DNA from: Acidobacteriota bacterium
Lineage (GTDB): Bacteria > Acidobacteriota > UBA6911
DNA: 64,000 nt
Assembly: GCA_963664705.1 (NCBI GenBank)
Contig: OY761556.1
Span: 4,960,001-5,024,000 of the forward strand
Direction: 5' to 3'
The position numbers and the translations under genes are program-made. Positions 19,469 to 29,332 of this stretch are shown here, in pieces. Positions within the stretch are counted from its first letter, which is position 1, and each line of letters starts with the position of its first letter. The notes beneath the pieces were generated by a model. It searched no databases, had not been told where the DNA came from, and saw only the letters and a list, made by a program, of their open reading frames with translations.

Positions 19469-20767
19469 ATGAAAGAAAGAAATACGGATGCACCGGGGAT
19501 AACGACATTACCGGACCAACCCGCCGATCCATTGACCAAGGTTTATGTTGAACCAACCAACCGCTGCAACCTAAGCTGTGTTACCTGTATCCGTCACTCC
19601 TGGGATGAATCCTATGAGGATCTGGCGTGGCCAGCTTATGAAGCTCTGATTAACGGATTGGCCGATTTTCCTGAAGCCAAAACCATCGCCTTTGCCGGCT
19701 TCGGTGAACCCCTTCTACATCCGCGCTTTACCGAAATGGTCCGTCTTGCTCACGAAAAAGGATTACGCACGGAAATGACCAGCAATGCCATGCTTCTCAC
19801 CTCATCAATGGCAGAGCAACTGGTTGACGCCGGGCTGGATCAATTCACGGTCTCTATTGACGGAACCTCGAATGAATCTCACGGAACCGTCCGGCCAGGC
19901 GCCTCCCTGGAAGAAATCACAGACAATGTGCGCAGGCTATATTCGTGGAGCCAAAAGAAATGCATTGCTCAACTGGATATCGAACCGGCCCTTAAAGAAG
20001 AAATGCTCAAACACCTGCTGGATTCAGGCGGAACGCTTTATGGGCTTCTCGATATGATGAGTTACAAAGTTCCTATCGAAGGCGCTTTGGATCAGGCGCC
20101 TCCGGCCCCGCTCAAGATCGGGATCGAGTTTGTGGCAATGAAGAGCAACATTCACGAACTGCCGGCCCTTCAAAAGATCGCGAAGCATGTCCGGGCCTCT
20201 TTTATTCTTGTTTCGAACGTGCTGCCGTATACCCCCGAGCTTCAGGATGAGATCCTTTACAGCCTGGAAACAACCAGCTACGAGGGTGAGGGGGATGATC
20301 GTAATCCGCACTGGATTTTCCCAAAAATGGATCGTATTTGGGATAAGGTGAACTCTATATCAACCGCTCCCGGTCAGCAGCCAAGTCTCAGCTATCTGGA
20401 TATCAACTTGAATCAGCGAAATAACTACTGCCCCTTTATAAGACCGGGAAGCCTGGCGCTATCCTGTCATGGGAGCGTGAGCCCGTGTCCTCCATTGCTG
20501 CATTCGTATACCTGTTATGTAAGAGACTGGAAGAAATTCTTCCGTCATTGTGAATGGGGAAGTCTAAAGGAACGATCCCTGAAATCAATTTGGCAACAGC
20601 CTGATTATGCCGCCTTTAGGGATCGGGTTAGGCGATTCGATTTTGCTCCCTGTACGGATTGCGGTGGCTGTGAATACTCTGAAAAGAACGAGGAGGATTG
20701 CCAGGGCAATCCTTTCCCCGTCTGTGGCGATTGCCTGTGGGCCAGAGGCATTCTGCGCTGTGCGTAA
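19469..20767 (+). CDS. radical SAM/SPASM protein (third paralog, no AbrB domain)
   Basis: CNLSCVTC, AGFGEP, CTDCGGC...CGDCLWARGILRCA. Confidence 0.9.
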   Translation: MKERNTDAPGITTLPDQPADPLTKVYVEPTNRCNLSCVTCIRHSWDESYEDLAWPAYEALINGLADFPEAKTIAFAGFGEPLLHPRFTEMVRLAHEKGLRTEMTSNAMLLTSSMAEQLVDAGLDQFTVSIDGTSNESHGTVRPGASLEEITDNVRRLYSWSQKKCIAQLDIEPALKEEMLKHLLDSGGTLYGLLDMMSYKVPIEGALDQAPPAPLKIGIEFVAMKSNIHELPALQKIAKHVRASFILVSNVLPYTPELQDEILYSLETTSYEGEGDDRNPHWIFPKMDRIWDKVNSISTAPGQQPSLSYLDINLNQRNNYCPFIRPGSLALSCHGSVSPCPPLLHSYTCYVRDWKKFFRHCEWGSLKERSLKSIWQQPDYAAFRDRVRRFDFAPCTDCGGCEYSEKNEEDCQGNPFPVCGDCLWARGILRCA

Positions 20768-21023
20768 ATTATCCGAATCTGATCTACATGTTCTTCTTTG
20801 GCGGCTACTATCAGATTTGCTTTTCGGGCAACGCCGCATCATTGGCCAGGCACATTGAACTCGGGATCCGACTCCGCAGCGTTTAAAGCTATCGCCACGC
20901 TCATAGACGCATATGATTGCGTTGAAATGTTTCCGTGCTGGCACTGTTTTCCTGATGGTCAAAAACACGGCTCACCTCTATACTGGCGCTATCTATCAAA
21001 CAAACACCGAGGGAGGACAGTGC

Positions 21024-22313
21024 ATGTCGGACGTTGTTGCCGCGGAGTCTGATTTTTCCCTGCGTAAAATGAAAATTGCCGGTATCTGCCTGATGGGGCA
21101 GCTATTCTGCAGCAGCATGCTGATCATCGGCCCTATGTCGATGCTTATGCTGCCTATGATCGAACGGTTCGGATGGAGCAGGTCCCAGTTTTCTTTCTCG
21201 ACCGCTGCCGTCATGTGGGCCGGGGCATTGGCTGCGCCCATTTTAGGCCGTCTCATCGATCGCCGGGGCGTACGTCCGGTGGTTCTGACCGGCGCCTTCT
21301 TGGTAGGCATTATCGAACTGGCGCTTGGATTTCAGACGGCAAGCCTTTGGCTCTTTTATCTGCTTTTTGCACTGCTGGGAATTGTTGGTGCCATTGGGGC
21401 CGGCTACGGGAAGGTCATGGGTTCCCTGTTCATAAAACACCGGGGCAAAGCCATGGGCTTTGTAGCTGCCTTCTCTCCCCTCATCGCCTCCGTGTTTCCG
21501 CAGTACTCGAATCAGCTGCTTTTGGCATTCGGCTGGCGCGGTGTTTTCTGGGGATGGGGCGCCGTCACCCTCATCACCTGGATTATCCTCTACTTTTTTC
21601 TTGAGGAACCGAACAGTAGCCCCACTGCGGCAATGCCCGCAAATTCCGCGCAGCCGGTGCTGGAAGGCATGACCACCGCAGAGGCCCTGCGCAGCAGACC
21701 GCTCTGGATTATGATTGCGGCAGCTCTCGTTTCAGGAATTTTGGGCGGCGGCTGGGCTACGCATTCGTTCGCCTATCAACTTGGCCGAGGCTTCAGCCAG
21801 CAGACAGCAGTCAATGCCGTCAGCGTGTCCGTGCTCATCGCTATCGTGGGCCCTCTGCTCGGAGGCTGGCTGTTGGATAAAGTGCCGTCAGCAAGAATCC
21901 ATATTCCGTTTAGCCTTATGGCCGCATTGAGTGTCTATCTCCAGAGTATTATGTGGGCAAACTATGGAGGCACTCCCCTGTTATTTACGGCGGTCGCCTT
22001 GAGTGCCGTTTCTATGAATGCGACAATGCCGATGCTCGGCTACTTTTATACCCGTTTCTTTGGGCTGAAAGCTTATGGAGAGATTGCTGGAATCAATATG
22101 GCTGTTCTCTCGCTCGTTATGGGCTTTTCGGCGCCCCTGGTTGGCTTGATCTATGACCACACGGGATCCTACAGTCCGGCTTTGTACGGTATGATTGTGG
22201 GGTCGGTACTGGCCGGTTTATTGTATCTGTTTATCGGGCGTTATCGCTACACGACCGATTTCAAACTCATGGTCGAGCTGCAGAAAATGGAGCCGGAGAA
22301 AATACCGACATAA
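21024..22313 (+). CDS. MFS transporter
   Basis: GRLIDRRGVR motif A; about 12 TM; GGAGG upstream of ATG 21024. Confidence 0.88.
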   Translation: MSDVVAAESDFSLRKMKIAGICLMGQLFCSSMLIIGPMSMLMLPMIERFGWSRSQFSFSTAAVMWAGALAAPILGRLIDRRGVRPVVLTGAFLVGIIELALGFQTASLWLFYLLFALLGIVGAIGAGYGKVMGSLFIKHRGKAMGFVAAFSPLIASVFPQYSNQLLLAFGWRGVFWGWGAVTLITWIILYFFLEEPNSSPTAAMPANSAQPVLEGMTTAEALRSRPLWIMIAAALVSGILGGGWATHSFAYQLGRGFSQQTAVNAVSVSVLIAIVGPLLGGWLLDKVPSARIHIPFSLMAALSVYLQSIMWANYGGTPLLFTAVALSAVSMNATMPMLGYFYTRFFGLKAYGEIAGINMAVLSLVMGFSAPLVGLIYDHTGSYSPALYGMIVGSVLAGLLYLFIGRYRYTTDFKLMVELQKMEPEKIPT

Positions 22314-22879
22314 CGGCCCACCAGGCTTTAGCATAAAGGCACAGCATTTAAGCGGGCTACGCGGCATTTGGGGGATCCTTAAGCAGACGCGTTTTATGTA
22401 TCATCAGCACAATGGAGCTGACCACAAATACGCCTATCGCTGCCCTCCCATTGACAACCGCTAAATGGAGAAATTGGATCGCAACGCCCCGAACGAAGCC
22501 AATCCGCGGTCGACACATCTCAATTGGCACAATGTTCAGCGGGGCGTTGGGACCTTACTCAACGCAACATCGGATTCCACCTGGATGGCAGTATACGTAT
22601 GTATGATCATAGGAGTGGAGGATGACACATGGCTACGAACCTATTCCTTTTGGCACGATCGAGGTTCATTTGGCCCAGCTGTGTTTACGCATTGCCAGAC
22701 ACGCTCCATTGGCTTTGATAGAAGATTAATCCGGCAAATTCCTTCCACAGCAGCGGCGCCCCAGCTCATTATCCAGGTTGGAGTGGCTGTTGACGCGCAA
22801 TTCCCTATTCCCTATACTCGGCTCACTGCCGATAGGCGACTTGTCATCACAAACCTGGATCTGCGAAAGGAGGCACAAA

Positions 22880-24538
22880 TTGGCCGCAAGACTACGTTCC
22901 GCATTGTTCATGCTTATTCTCATGGCTGTTTGTTCCACGGCATATTCTGCCGAAAAAGTCAGGGTGTTGAACCCAACGCCACCGAACCACATGGTCGATC
23001 GCATACCGCTTGTCCCGAGGCTCAATTCCCTGGACGGAAAGACTATATTCCTGGTGGATATTGGCTGGGGAGGAGAGAATGCCGCCCCAAGCATTTATGA
23101 TGAAATGAAGGCATGGTTTGCCAAGAACATGCCGAGCGTAAAAATAGAAGTCAGAAAAATCAAAGGCTTCTATATGCAGGATCAGCCGGAACTCCTGAAA
23201 GAAATATCCGAAAAGGGAGACGCGGCAATGTTCGGAATAGCCGGTTGAGACAGCTGCACATCGGCCGTCGGCCGAAACTGCAAACAGCTGGAACAGCAAT
23301 ACAAAATTCCCACTGTCGGGGGCATTGCATCCAACATCATCAAGTATGCCCAGGGACACGACTTCGAATATACGAACGGTTCGCCCATTCGATATATCTC
23401 ATTTCCTTTTCCTGTAGCAGGGCAGCCTCAATCGGTTCATCACCGCTATATATTTGAAAGCAAGGATGTGGTGAGCGGAAAACCGATGATGCAGGCATTC
23501 GTCGATGCCCTGACCCTCCCGTTGACCAGCAGCGAAAAATACAAAGGACCGGCCCCGGATCCCAATCCGGCGGAATCCCGCTTTCTTGGACCCGACACGG
23601 AAGCAAACCTGCAGCGCCTGTTCAAAGACAATGACTGGACGGACTATCTTCCAATTGCCCTTCCGACCGAAGAGCGTGTGGCAGACATGCTGAAAGGCAC
23701 GTCTCATAAACCGACCGAAGTCATCAAAGTATTGGACTGGCCGGGAGGCAGGCGTGAAGTGACGGTGGAAAGGGTAGCAATTTGTGCGGTCATGGCCGGC
23801 GCCAAGCGGGAATATCTTCCGGTGATCCTCGCTCTGGCCAATCACATTCCTTTTGGAAACTCCACATCCTCCATGGCCAACATGATCCTGGTCAACGGAC
23901 CCATTCGCGATGAAATTGGCATGAATTACGGCCACAATGTCATGGGACCGCATAATGAAGCCAATGCAGTGATCGGCCGTGCGTACACACTAATGTCGAA
24001 GACAATCGGCGGTCTGCATAGCAAAAAAACGACCTGGAGCACCCTCGGAAGCTCTCTGCAATACAACAATGTATGCATCGCGGAGAACGAGGAGGCGCTG
24101 CCCGGAGGGTGGAAGCCCTTTCATGTGCAGGCGGGGTTCAAACCTGGCGAAAGTGTCATTACCGTGGCAACCGGCTGGTCCTACATTTCCAGCGTAACGG
24201 AAGCCAAGAGAGAATATCCCGTTCATATGTGGATGGGCGAGTATATGAAGGCTCTCACGATGGGATCGGCCACGGTCATTATGGATCCTTCCGTTGCCAG
24301 TCTTCTGAAGGATGCCTACGGTTTCCAGACCAAGGACCAGTTGGCCAAATGGTTTGCGGAAAACGTCGAAAAGACCGAGTTTGCTTCCGGACAGAAGGTA
24401 AAACCGTTCCGGGAAGCCTCCGTCAATGTGGTCGTTACCGGGGGCGGGGGCCAGACAACATGGTTCGTAACCGATTTCGGGATGAGCCGGAACATGGTTC
24501 TCGCGGGAGGAAGTACGCGCATCGACGACTGGCGCTAG
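22880..24538 (+). CDS. probable exported selenoprotein, UGSC-family (here U-D-S-C) fused to a C-terminal domain; 552 aa, Sec at residue 123
   Basis: AAGGAGG then TTG 22880; signal peptide; in-frame TGA at 23246-23248; 73 open codons then join ORF 23468-24538 in frame; hairpin right after the TGA. Confidence 0.85.
23249..23290 (+). promoter_or_regulatory. candidate bacterial SECIS hairpin
   Basis: CAGC-TGCA-ca-TCGGCC-gtc-GGCCGA-aac-TGCA-aaca-GCTG immediately 3' of the UGA; apical loop starts with G about 19 nt from the UGA. Confidence 0.65.
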
Positions 24539-24769
24539 TTTCTTGTAACAATTGAAATGCTGGTGATGATAGCCACTACCCAAAAGCAACTGGCATTTGA
24601 AGCCATGCCACGGAAGCTTATACGGAGAACACGGAAAAAGCCTCTCTTGATGTACTCCGCAAAAGCTTCCATGGCATGCCGGTTCTTAAGCACTTAATTC
24701 GTGTCTGGAAGCCCTTGAGGCTGCCAGAAGCAAACGAACCTTACAGGCTCAAACAAAGACTCTCCGGAT

Positions 24770-25531
24770 CTATCCCGCCGTTGTGCTCTCGACGAGCTCA
24801 CGATAAGCTTTTTTCTCAGCCTCCAGCCACTCTTCACGTCCCATGGCATACCCGAAGGGGACCCATTTCATTTCCTTCATGCTCTGCACGATCGTCGGTA
24901 TCCAGTTGAAAGGGATGGAAATTTGCACCAGTCCTTCCGGGTAGACCTTCCGTGCCTTCATGCCGAAATGTAGCCCGGTCATTGTGTAGTTGATCTTCCC
25001 CGTCTCGAAGGGATACACCAGAAGCCATGAACAGCCGAGTACGGACGTGAATTTCGGAGCCCAAATCTCTCCGGTGGAATACGATATCGCGCGCAGGACG
25101 ATTTCCGCCTGCGATGGTTTCCCAATCACATACAGCAGGTCCGGATCGAAGGCCAGCTTGTCCAGCCGCGAAAAGGCGACATAATTCACGAGTCCCGGCT
25201 TGAACAGGTAGAATTCCTTGAATAGCCGCCTGTTGGCCCGTGCATCCTGGAAGATCTCAAGCTTCTCACCAATCATTCCTGCTTCAGCATAGGCGGGCAT
25301 ATCCATCCAGCCCATAGGCAGCTTCCCCGTGCAGTTTTCGTTCTCCTTTGAGATGTAGAATGGTTCATCCCGTTCCTGCGCCTCACGGAACATCTCGCAA
25401 AGACCGAGCTGCTTGTCCAGCTGCGGGAGGCCCTCCGGCCTGCTATATAGAAATTTGATCCCGACGGGCTGACGTTCAAGGTTCAGCTTCTGGAAGATGG
25501 ACAGGTCCTGCGCCAGTGGTTTCAGCTCCAT
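24770..25531 (-). CDS. DUF169-family protein
   Basis: PVGIKF, LCEM, ENCTG, GCSW pattern; 253 aa. Confidence 0.75.
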   Translation of the reverse strand: MELKPLAQDLSIFQKLNLERQPVGIKFLYSRPEGLPQLDKQLGLCEMFREAQERDEPFYISKENENCTGKLPMGWMDMPAYAEAGMIGEKLEIFQDARANRRLFKEFYLFKPGLVNYVAFSRLDKLAFDPDLLYVIGKPSQAEIVLRAISYSTGEIWAPKFTSVLGCSWLLVYPFETGKINYTMTGLHFGMKARKVYPEGLVQISIPFNWIPTIVQSMKEMKWVPFGYAMGREEWLEAEKKAYRELVESTTAG

Positions 25532-25872
25532 ATTTCCTCCTCCGCAATTACAGAGATCTCATTGTGCTGCAAAAAGCAGAGACGCTACGCTAACAGATCT
25601 TACCCTATTTTGTTCGATGGCCTATCTAATGCGTCGTGGCCATAGTATTTGCAATGGGAGGGACTCCCAACCAATTGATTTCGAACAGCATGGCCGCTAG
25701 GCGTTAATCCTCCCTGGAATCTCACGTAGGATCGTGATTGAGGATTTTCGCCGGAAGAGGCGGCAACAATCAAACTCAAGATAAGTCTTCATGCTGAAAT
25801 CCTCCTGATAGCCGCGAAGCGGCAACTTTAGCCCCGGCAATTGTAAAAACTTTTAGATCAACCACAGCCAGT

Positions 25873-26505
25873 TTACGATTTGTCCAGTACCGCATTGAGA
25901 TAGAGCCGAAGCAAATCGGATGAGCCTTTGGGCGTAATCATCAGGTTTCCATACAAAATCTCGTGCAATGCCAATCCCTGGGCAAGCGAATAGAACCCGA
26001 TTCCTACACTCGACAAAGAAGTATCTGTGTTTAGATCGGCACCCCGATAGATCTCTTCAAATACCTGTTTGATACCGTCGTTGATCTGCTCATTCAGCGA
26101 TGCGAGATGTCTCCTCATCCGAGGATGTCTGAACACAAAAAGACTGAATTCCATCATAAGCATGCCCAGGCTTCTTGCTTCCGGCATGGTTTCAGTAAAC
26201 TGCTGCAGAAAGATCTGGATCTTCGACTTAGGGTCAGATTTCGAAAGAACTCTGTTCAAAGCATTGGATATGTGGCCTTCAATCTGCTGCCCGGCAACGG
26301 CCACAAACAATTCCTCTTTGTTTTTGAACCTCTTATAAAATGCACCGCGCGTGTAGCCCGCCGCAGATGCAATTTCCTCCAGTTTGGAAGCTTCAAATCC
26401 GTCACGAACGAAAATCCTGTGAGCCGAAGCCAATATTTTCTCGCGAGTCAATGCGGCTCGTTCCTTTTGGGTGCGAACTGGTCTTGCCGTGGTTTTGGTT
26501 TTCAT
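25873..26505 (-). CDS. TetR/AcrR-family regulator
   Basis: TREKILASA...IASAAGYTRGAFYKRFKNKEELF. Confidence 0.93.
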   Translation of the reverse strand: MKTKTTARPVRTQKERAALTREKILASAHRIFVRDGFEASKLEEIASAAGYTRGAFYKRFKNKEELFVAVAGQQIEGHISNALNRVLSKSDPKSKIQIFLQQFTETMPEARSLGMLMMEFSLFVFRHPRMRRHLASLNEQINDGIKQVFEEIYRGADLNTDTSLSSVGIGFYSLAQGLALHEILYGNLMITPKGSSDLLRLYLNAVLDKS

Positions 26506-26533
26506 GGAGTCATTATCCTAAAAAACTTTCCCT

Positions 26534-26596
26534 TTGACAAGATAGATACACGCATGTATCTTTGTACCCCACATTAGATACGCATGTGTATCTAAT
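26534..26596. promoter_or_regulatory. efflux operon promoter with two TetR operators
   Basis: TTGACA at 26534; AGATAC-N6-GTATCT at 26544-26561 and ATTAGATAC-N6-GTATCTAAT at 26573-26596. Confidence 0.8.
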
Positions 26597-26623
26597 ACGT
26601 ATCGCGGCTGGAATGGAGGGAAA

Positions 26624-28009
26624 ATGCTCTATCGAGGTTTTAGCGGTGGGCGGCGGTTAAGCTTCATCGCCCTATTCTTTTTAGGTCTACCTATTGTTTT
26701 GGCCCGCCCCGTATCGGTCGTCCAGGCGCAAGCGCCTGAACCAGATCAGACCGTTTCTTTGAGTCTGGCCAAAGCCAAAGAGCTGGCGCTAAAAAATAAT
26801 CTCCAAGCCGTCATCGCCAAGGAGGGTATTGCACAAGCAAAAGGACAGAAGGGGATAAGCCTTTCTGCTCTTTTGCCCAGCATTGGAGCAGCTGCCTATC
26901 AAAGCAGCCTGACATCCAACTTGGCTGCATCCGGATTGCCGGTCGAGTCATTTGGATTTCCGGCATTTATCGGCCCATTCAACCGCTTTGACGCGCGTTT
27001 CCAGATGGTTCAGAGTGTCTTTAATCTCGGCGCAATCCGACGCTATCAGGCCGCCGACTATAGCCTTGAATTGGCAAGGCAAAGGCAGCGTTTGGCTGCG
27101 CAGCAGATCACTGCAGCAACCGTCATATCCTATCTGACAACACTGGAAGCTGAACAGGCAGTTCATGCGGCCAAGGCTAATGTGCAGCTTGCCGAAACGC
27201 TCCTCTCTTTGGCTATCCATCAAAAGGAGACGGGGGTAGCCGCCGGTATTGACGTCGCCCGGGCCGAAACCCGTCTCGCCAATCAGCGTGTTCAACTTGC
27301 ACAAGTACAAAGTGCTCTCGATACCGCACGGCTGGATCTTCTTCGAATTGTAAATGGTGTCAGTGGCGAATCCTTATCGGGCCTGCCGGTCTTGGGCGAC
27401 CAGATGACTTTAACTCCCGAACCGAGTCGCGATGCGGATAAAACCGTACAACAGGCGCTTATCGATCGAGTCGAGGTTTCGATAGCGGAACAGGAATTGA
27501 AAATTGCAGAGGTTCAACGAAAGGCTGCGAAATCGGATCTATTCCCTTCCATCTCAGTATTCGGCGATTACGGAAGCAGCGGACTCAAGCCCACTGAGGC
27601 TAATTACCCTACCCGCAGCATTGGCGTTCGACTTGATATACCAGTCTTTAGCGGTGGCCGTACTCAGGCTGAAATTCAAATCGCATCCAGCCGAATGCGT
27701 GAATCGGAAGCTCAGCTTAAGGACATTCGTGCCGCCGTAGAAAGGGATGTTCGACAGTCCCTGCTAGAGGTCAAAACCCGCGCCGAGCAGGTGCGTTCGG
27801 CAGAATTGGCGGTTTCGCTTGCAAATCGGGAACTGGTGCTTGCACAGGACCGGTTTAATAACGGTGTTGCAGACAATGTGGAAGTCGTTACCGCGCAAAC
27901 TGCTCTCGAGAATGCACGGAGATCCCTGGTTTCAAGTCTATATCAATTCAACCTTGCAAGGCTGAACTTGGCTTCTGCATTGGGACACGTGGAAGATTTT
28001 CGGCTGTAG
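26624..28009 (+). CDS. TolC-family outer membrane efflux protein
   Basis: signal peptide; two outer membrane efflux protein repeats (LLPSI, LFPSI, PVFSGG). Confidence 0.9.
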   Translation: MLYRGFSGGRRLSFIALFFLGLPIVLARPVSVVQAQAPEPDQTVSLSLAKAKELALKNNLQAVIAKEGIAQAKGQKGISLSALLPSIGAAAYQSSLTSNLAASGLPVESFGFPAFIGPFNRFDARFQMVQSVFNLGAIRRYQAADYSLELARQRQRLAAQQITAATVISYLTTLEAEQAVHAAKANVQLAETLLSLAIHQKETGVAAGIDVARAETRLANQRVQLAQVQSALDTARLDLLRIVNGVSGESLSGLPVLGDQMTLTPEPSRDADKTVQQALIDRVEVSIAEQELKIAEVQRKAAKSDLFPSISVFGDYGSSGLKPTEANYPTRSIGVRLDIPVFSGGRTQAEIQIASSRMRESEAQLKDIRAAVERDVRQSLLEVKTRAEQVRSAELAVSLANRELVLAQDRFNNGVADNVEVVTAQTALENARRSLVSSLYQFNLARLNLASALGHVEDFRL

Positions 28010-28039
28010 CCGAATCAGAAAGGTCAGGCGGAGTGCGAC

Positions 28040-29332
28040 ATGAATCAAGAAACTAATTCCAATATGAAATCGCCGGCATCCTCGAATTCAGGCAAATGGA
28101 CCAGACGATTGGTGCTTCCGGTGGCAATAGTAGCCCTTGCAGTGGGTACATGGTACTACGTTCACTCTCGTACTTTTGAATCTACCGATAACGCTTTCAT
28201 TGACGGCGGTATTGTCCAGGTCAGCCCAAGAGTTTCCGGGCAGGTTGTGCGCGTGTATGTCACCGATAACCAGCGGGTAACAGCCGGCGATCTGCTGATC
28301 GAAATTGATCAGAGAGACTATGCGTTGAGAGTAGCTGAAGCTAAAGCCCAATTGGCCAATGCCGAGGCACGCTTTTCCAGCGCTCAAACTGGTGTTGGCT
28401 TGACTGCGGATATTACCGGTGCCGGGCTGAGCCAGGCCAGGGCTGCGTACGATGCCGCCGGCAACCAAACCGAAGCGCTGTTAGATAATCTCAATCAGCA
28501 GGATGCGGATATCCAGGCGGCGGCCGCGACTTTGCGCCAGACCGAAGCTGGAAAACTCGCTGCGGAAGCGGTTGCACAGCGGGCACGAGCCGACGCCTTT
28601 CGGTATCGAAATCTCTTTGCGAAGGATGAAGTCTCCAAACAGGCATTGGATCGAAGCGAAGCCGAGGCAAAGACATCCGAAGCATCCCTTGAAGCTGCTA
28701 CGCATGCAGTGGTCAGCGCACAGGCCAGGCTTGAGCAGTCCAGAGCCGCGCGAGCCTCCTCACAGTCGCTATTTAAGCAATCGGAAAACCTGGTGAAACA
28801 GGCTTCAGGCAAACTCCAGGAAGCACGCGCAAGCTCATCGCAGGTGCGCATCCGCCAGGCCGAGGTGAAGTCAGCTCAAGCGCAAATAGCACAGCTTGCA
28901 TCAATGATCCAGCAGGCGGAATTAAGTCTCTCCTATACCAAGGTATATGCAACCGAAGCTGGTGTCATTACGCGCAAATCAATAGAGCCCGGCAACTATG
29001 TTCAGGTAGGGCAATCCTTGATGGCGATTGTCACGGACCGGTTGTGGGTAATTGCCAATTTCAAGGAAACCCAGCTCACATACATGCAACCCGGACAGTC
29101 TGTAGACATCCATGTCGACGCTTATCCGCAGCATTCAATCAAAGGCAAGGTGGATAGCATCCAGAGCGGTACCGGAGCCCGATTCAGCCTGCTGCCTGCT
29201 GAAAACGCCACCGGGAATTATGTAAAGGTCATACAACGGATGCCGGTCAAAATCACATTTATTGATCAGCCTCCGACTGAAATCCGTCTTGGGCCGGGAA
29301 TGTCTGTTATCCCGACGGTGAGGGTGCGATGA
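28040..29332 (+). CDS. HlyD/EmrA-family membrane fusion protein
   Basis: STDNAFIDG, ANFKETQL, FSLLPAENATGNYVKVIQR. Confidence 0.93.
   Translation: MNQETNSNMKSPASSNSGKWTRRLVLPVAIVALAVGTWYYVHSRTFESTDNAFIDGGIVQVSPRVSGQVVRVYVTDNQRVTAGDLLIEIDQRDYALRVAEAKAQLANAEARFSSAQTGVGLTADITGAGLSQARAAYDAAGNQTEALLDNLNQQDADIQAAAATLRQTEAGKLAAEAVAQRARADAFRYRNLFAKDEVSKQALDRSEAEAKTSEASLEAATHAVVSAQARLEQSRAARASSQSLFKQSENLVKQASGKLQEARASSSQVRIRQAEVKSAQAQIAQLASMIQQAELSLSYTKVYATEAGVITRKSIEPGNYVQVGQSLMAIVTDRLWVIANFKETQLTYMQPGQSVDIHVDAYPQHSIKGKVDSIQSGTGARFSLLPAENATGNYVKVIQRMPVKITFIDQPPTEIRLGPGMSVIPTVRVR

Noticed and set aside
22313-22879. ORFs 22412-22606 and 22465-23100
   Set aside because: No recognisable family; the longer one overlaps the selenoprotein gene; at most a degraded remnant
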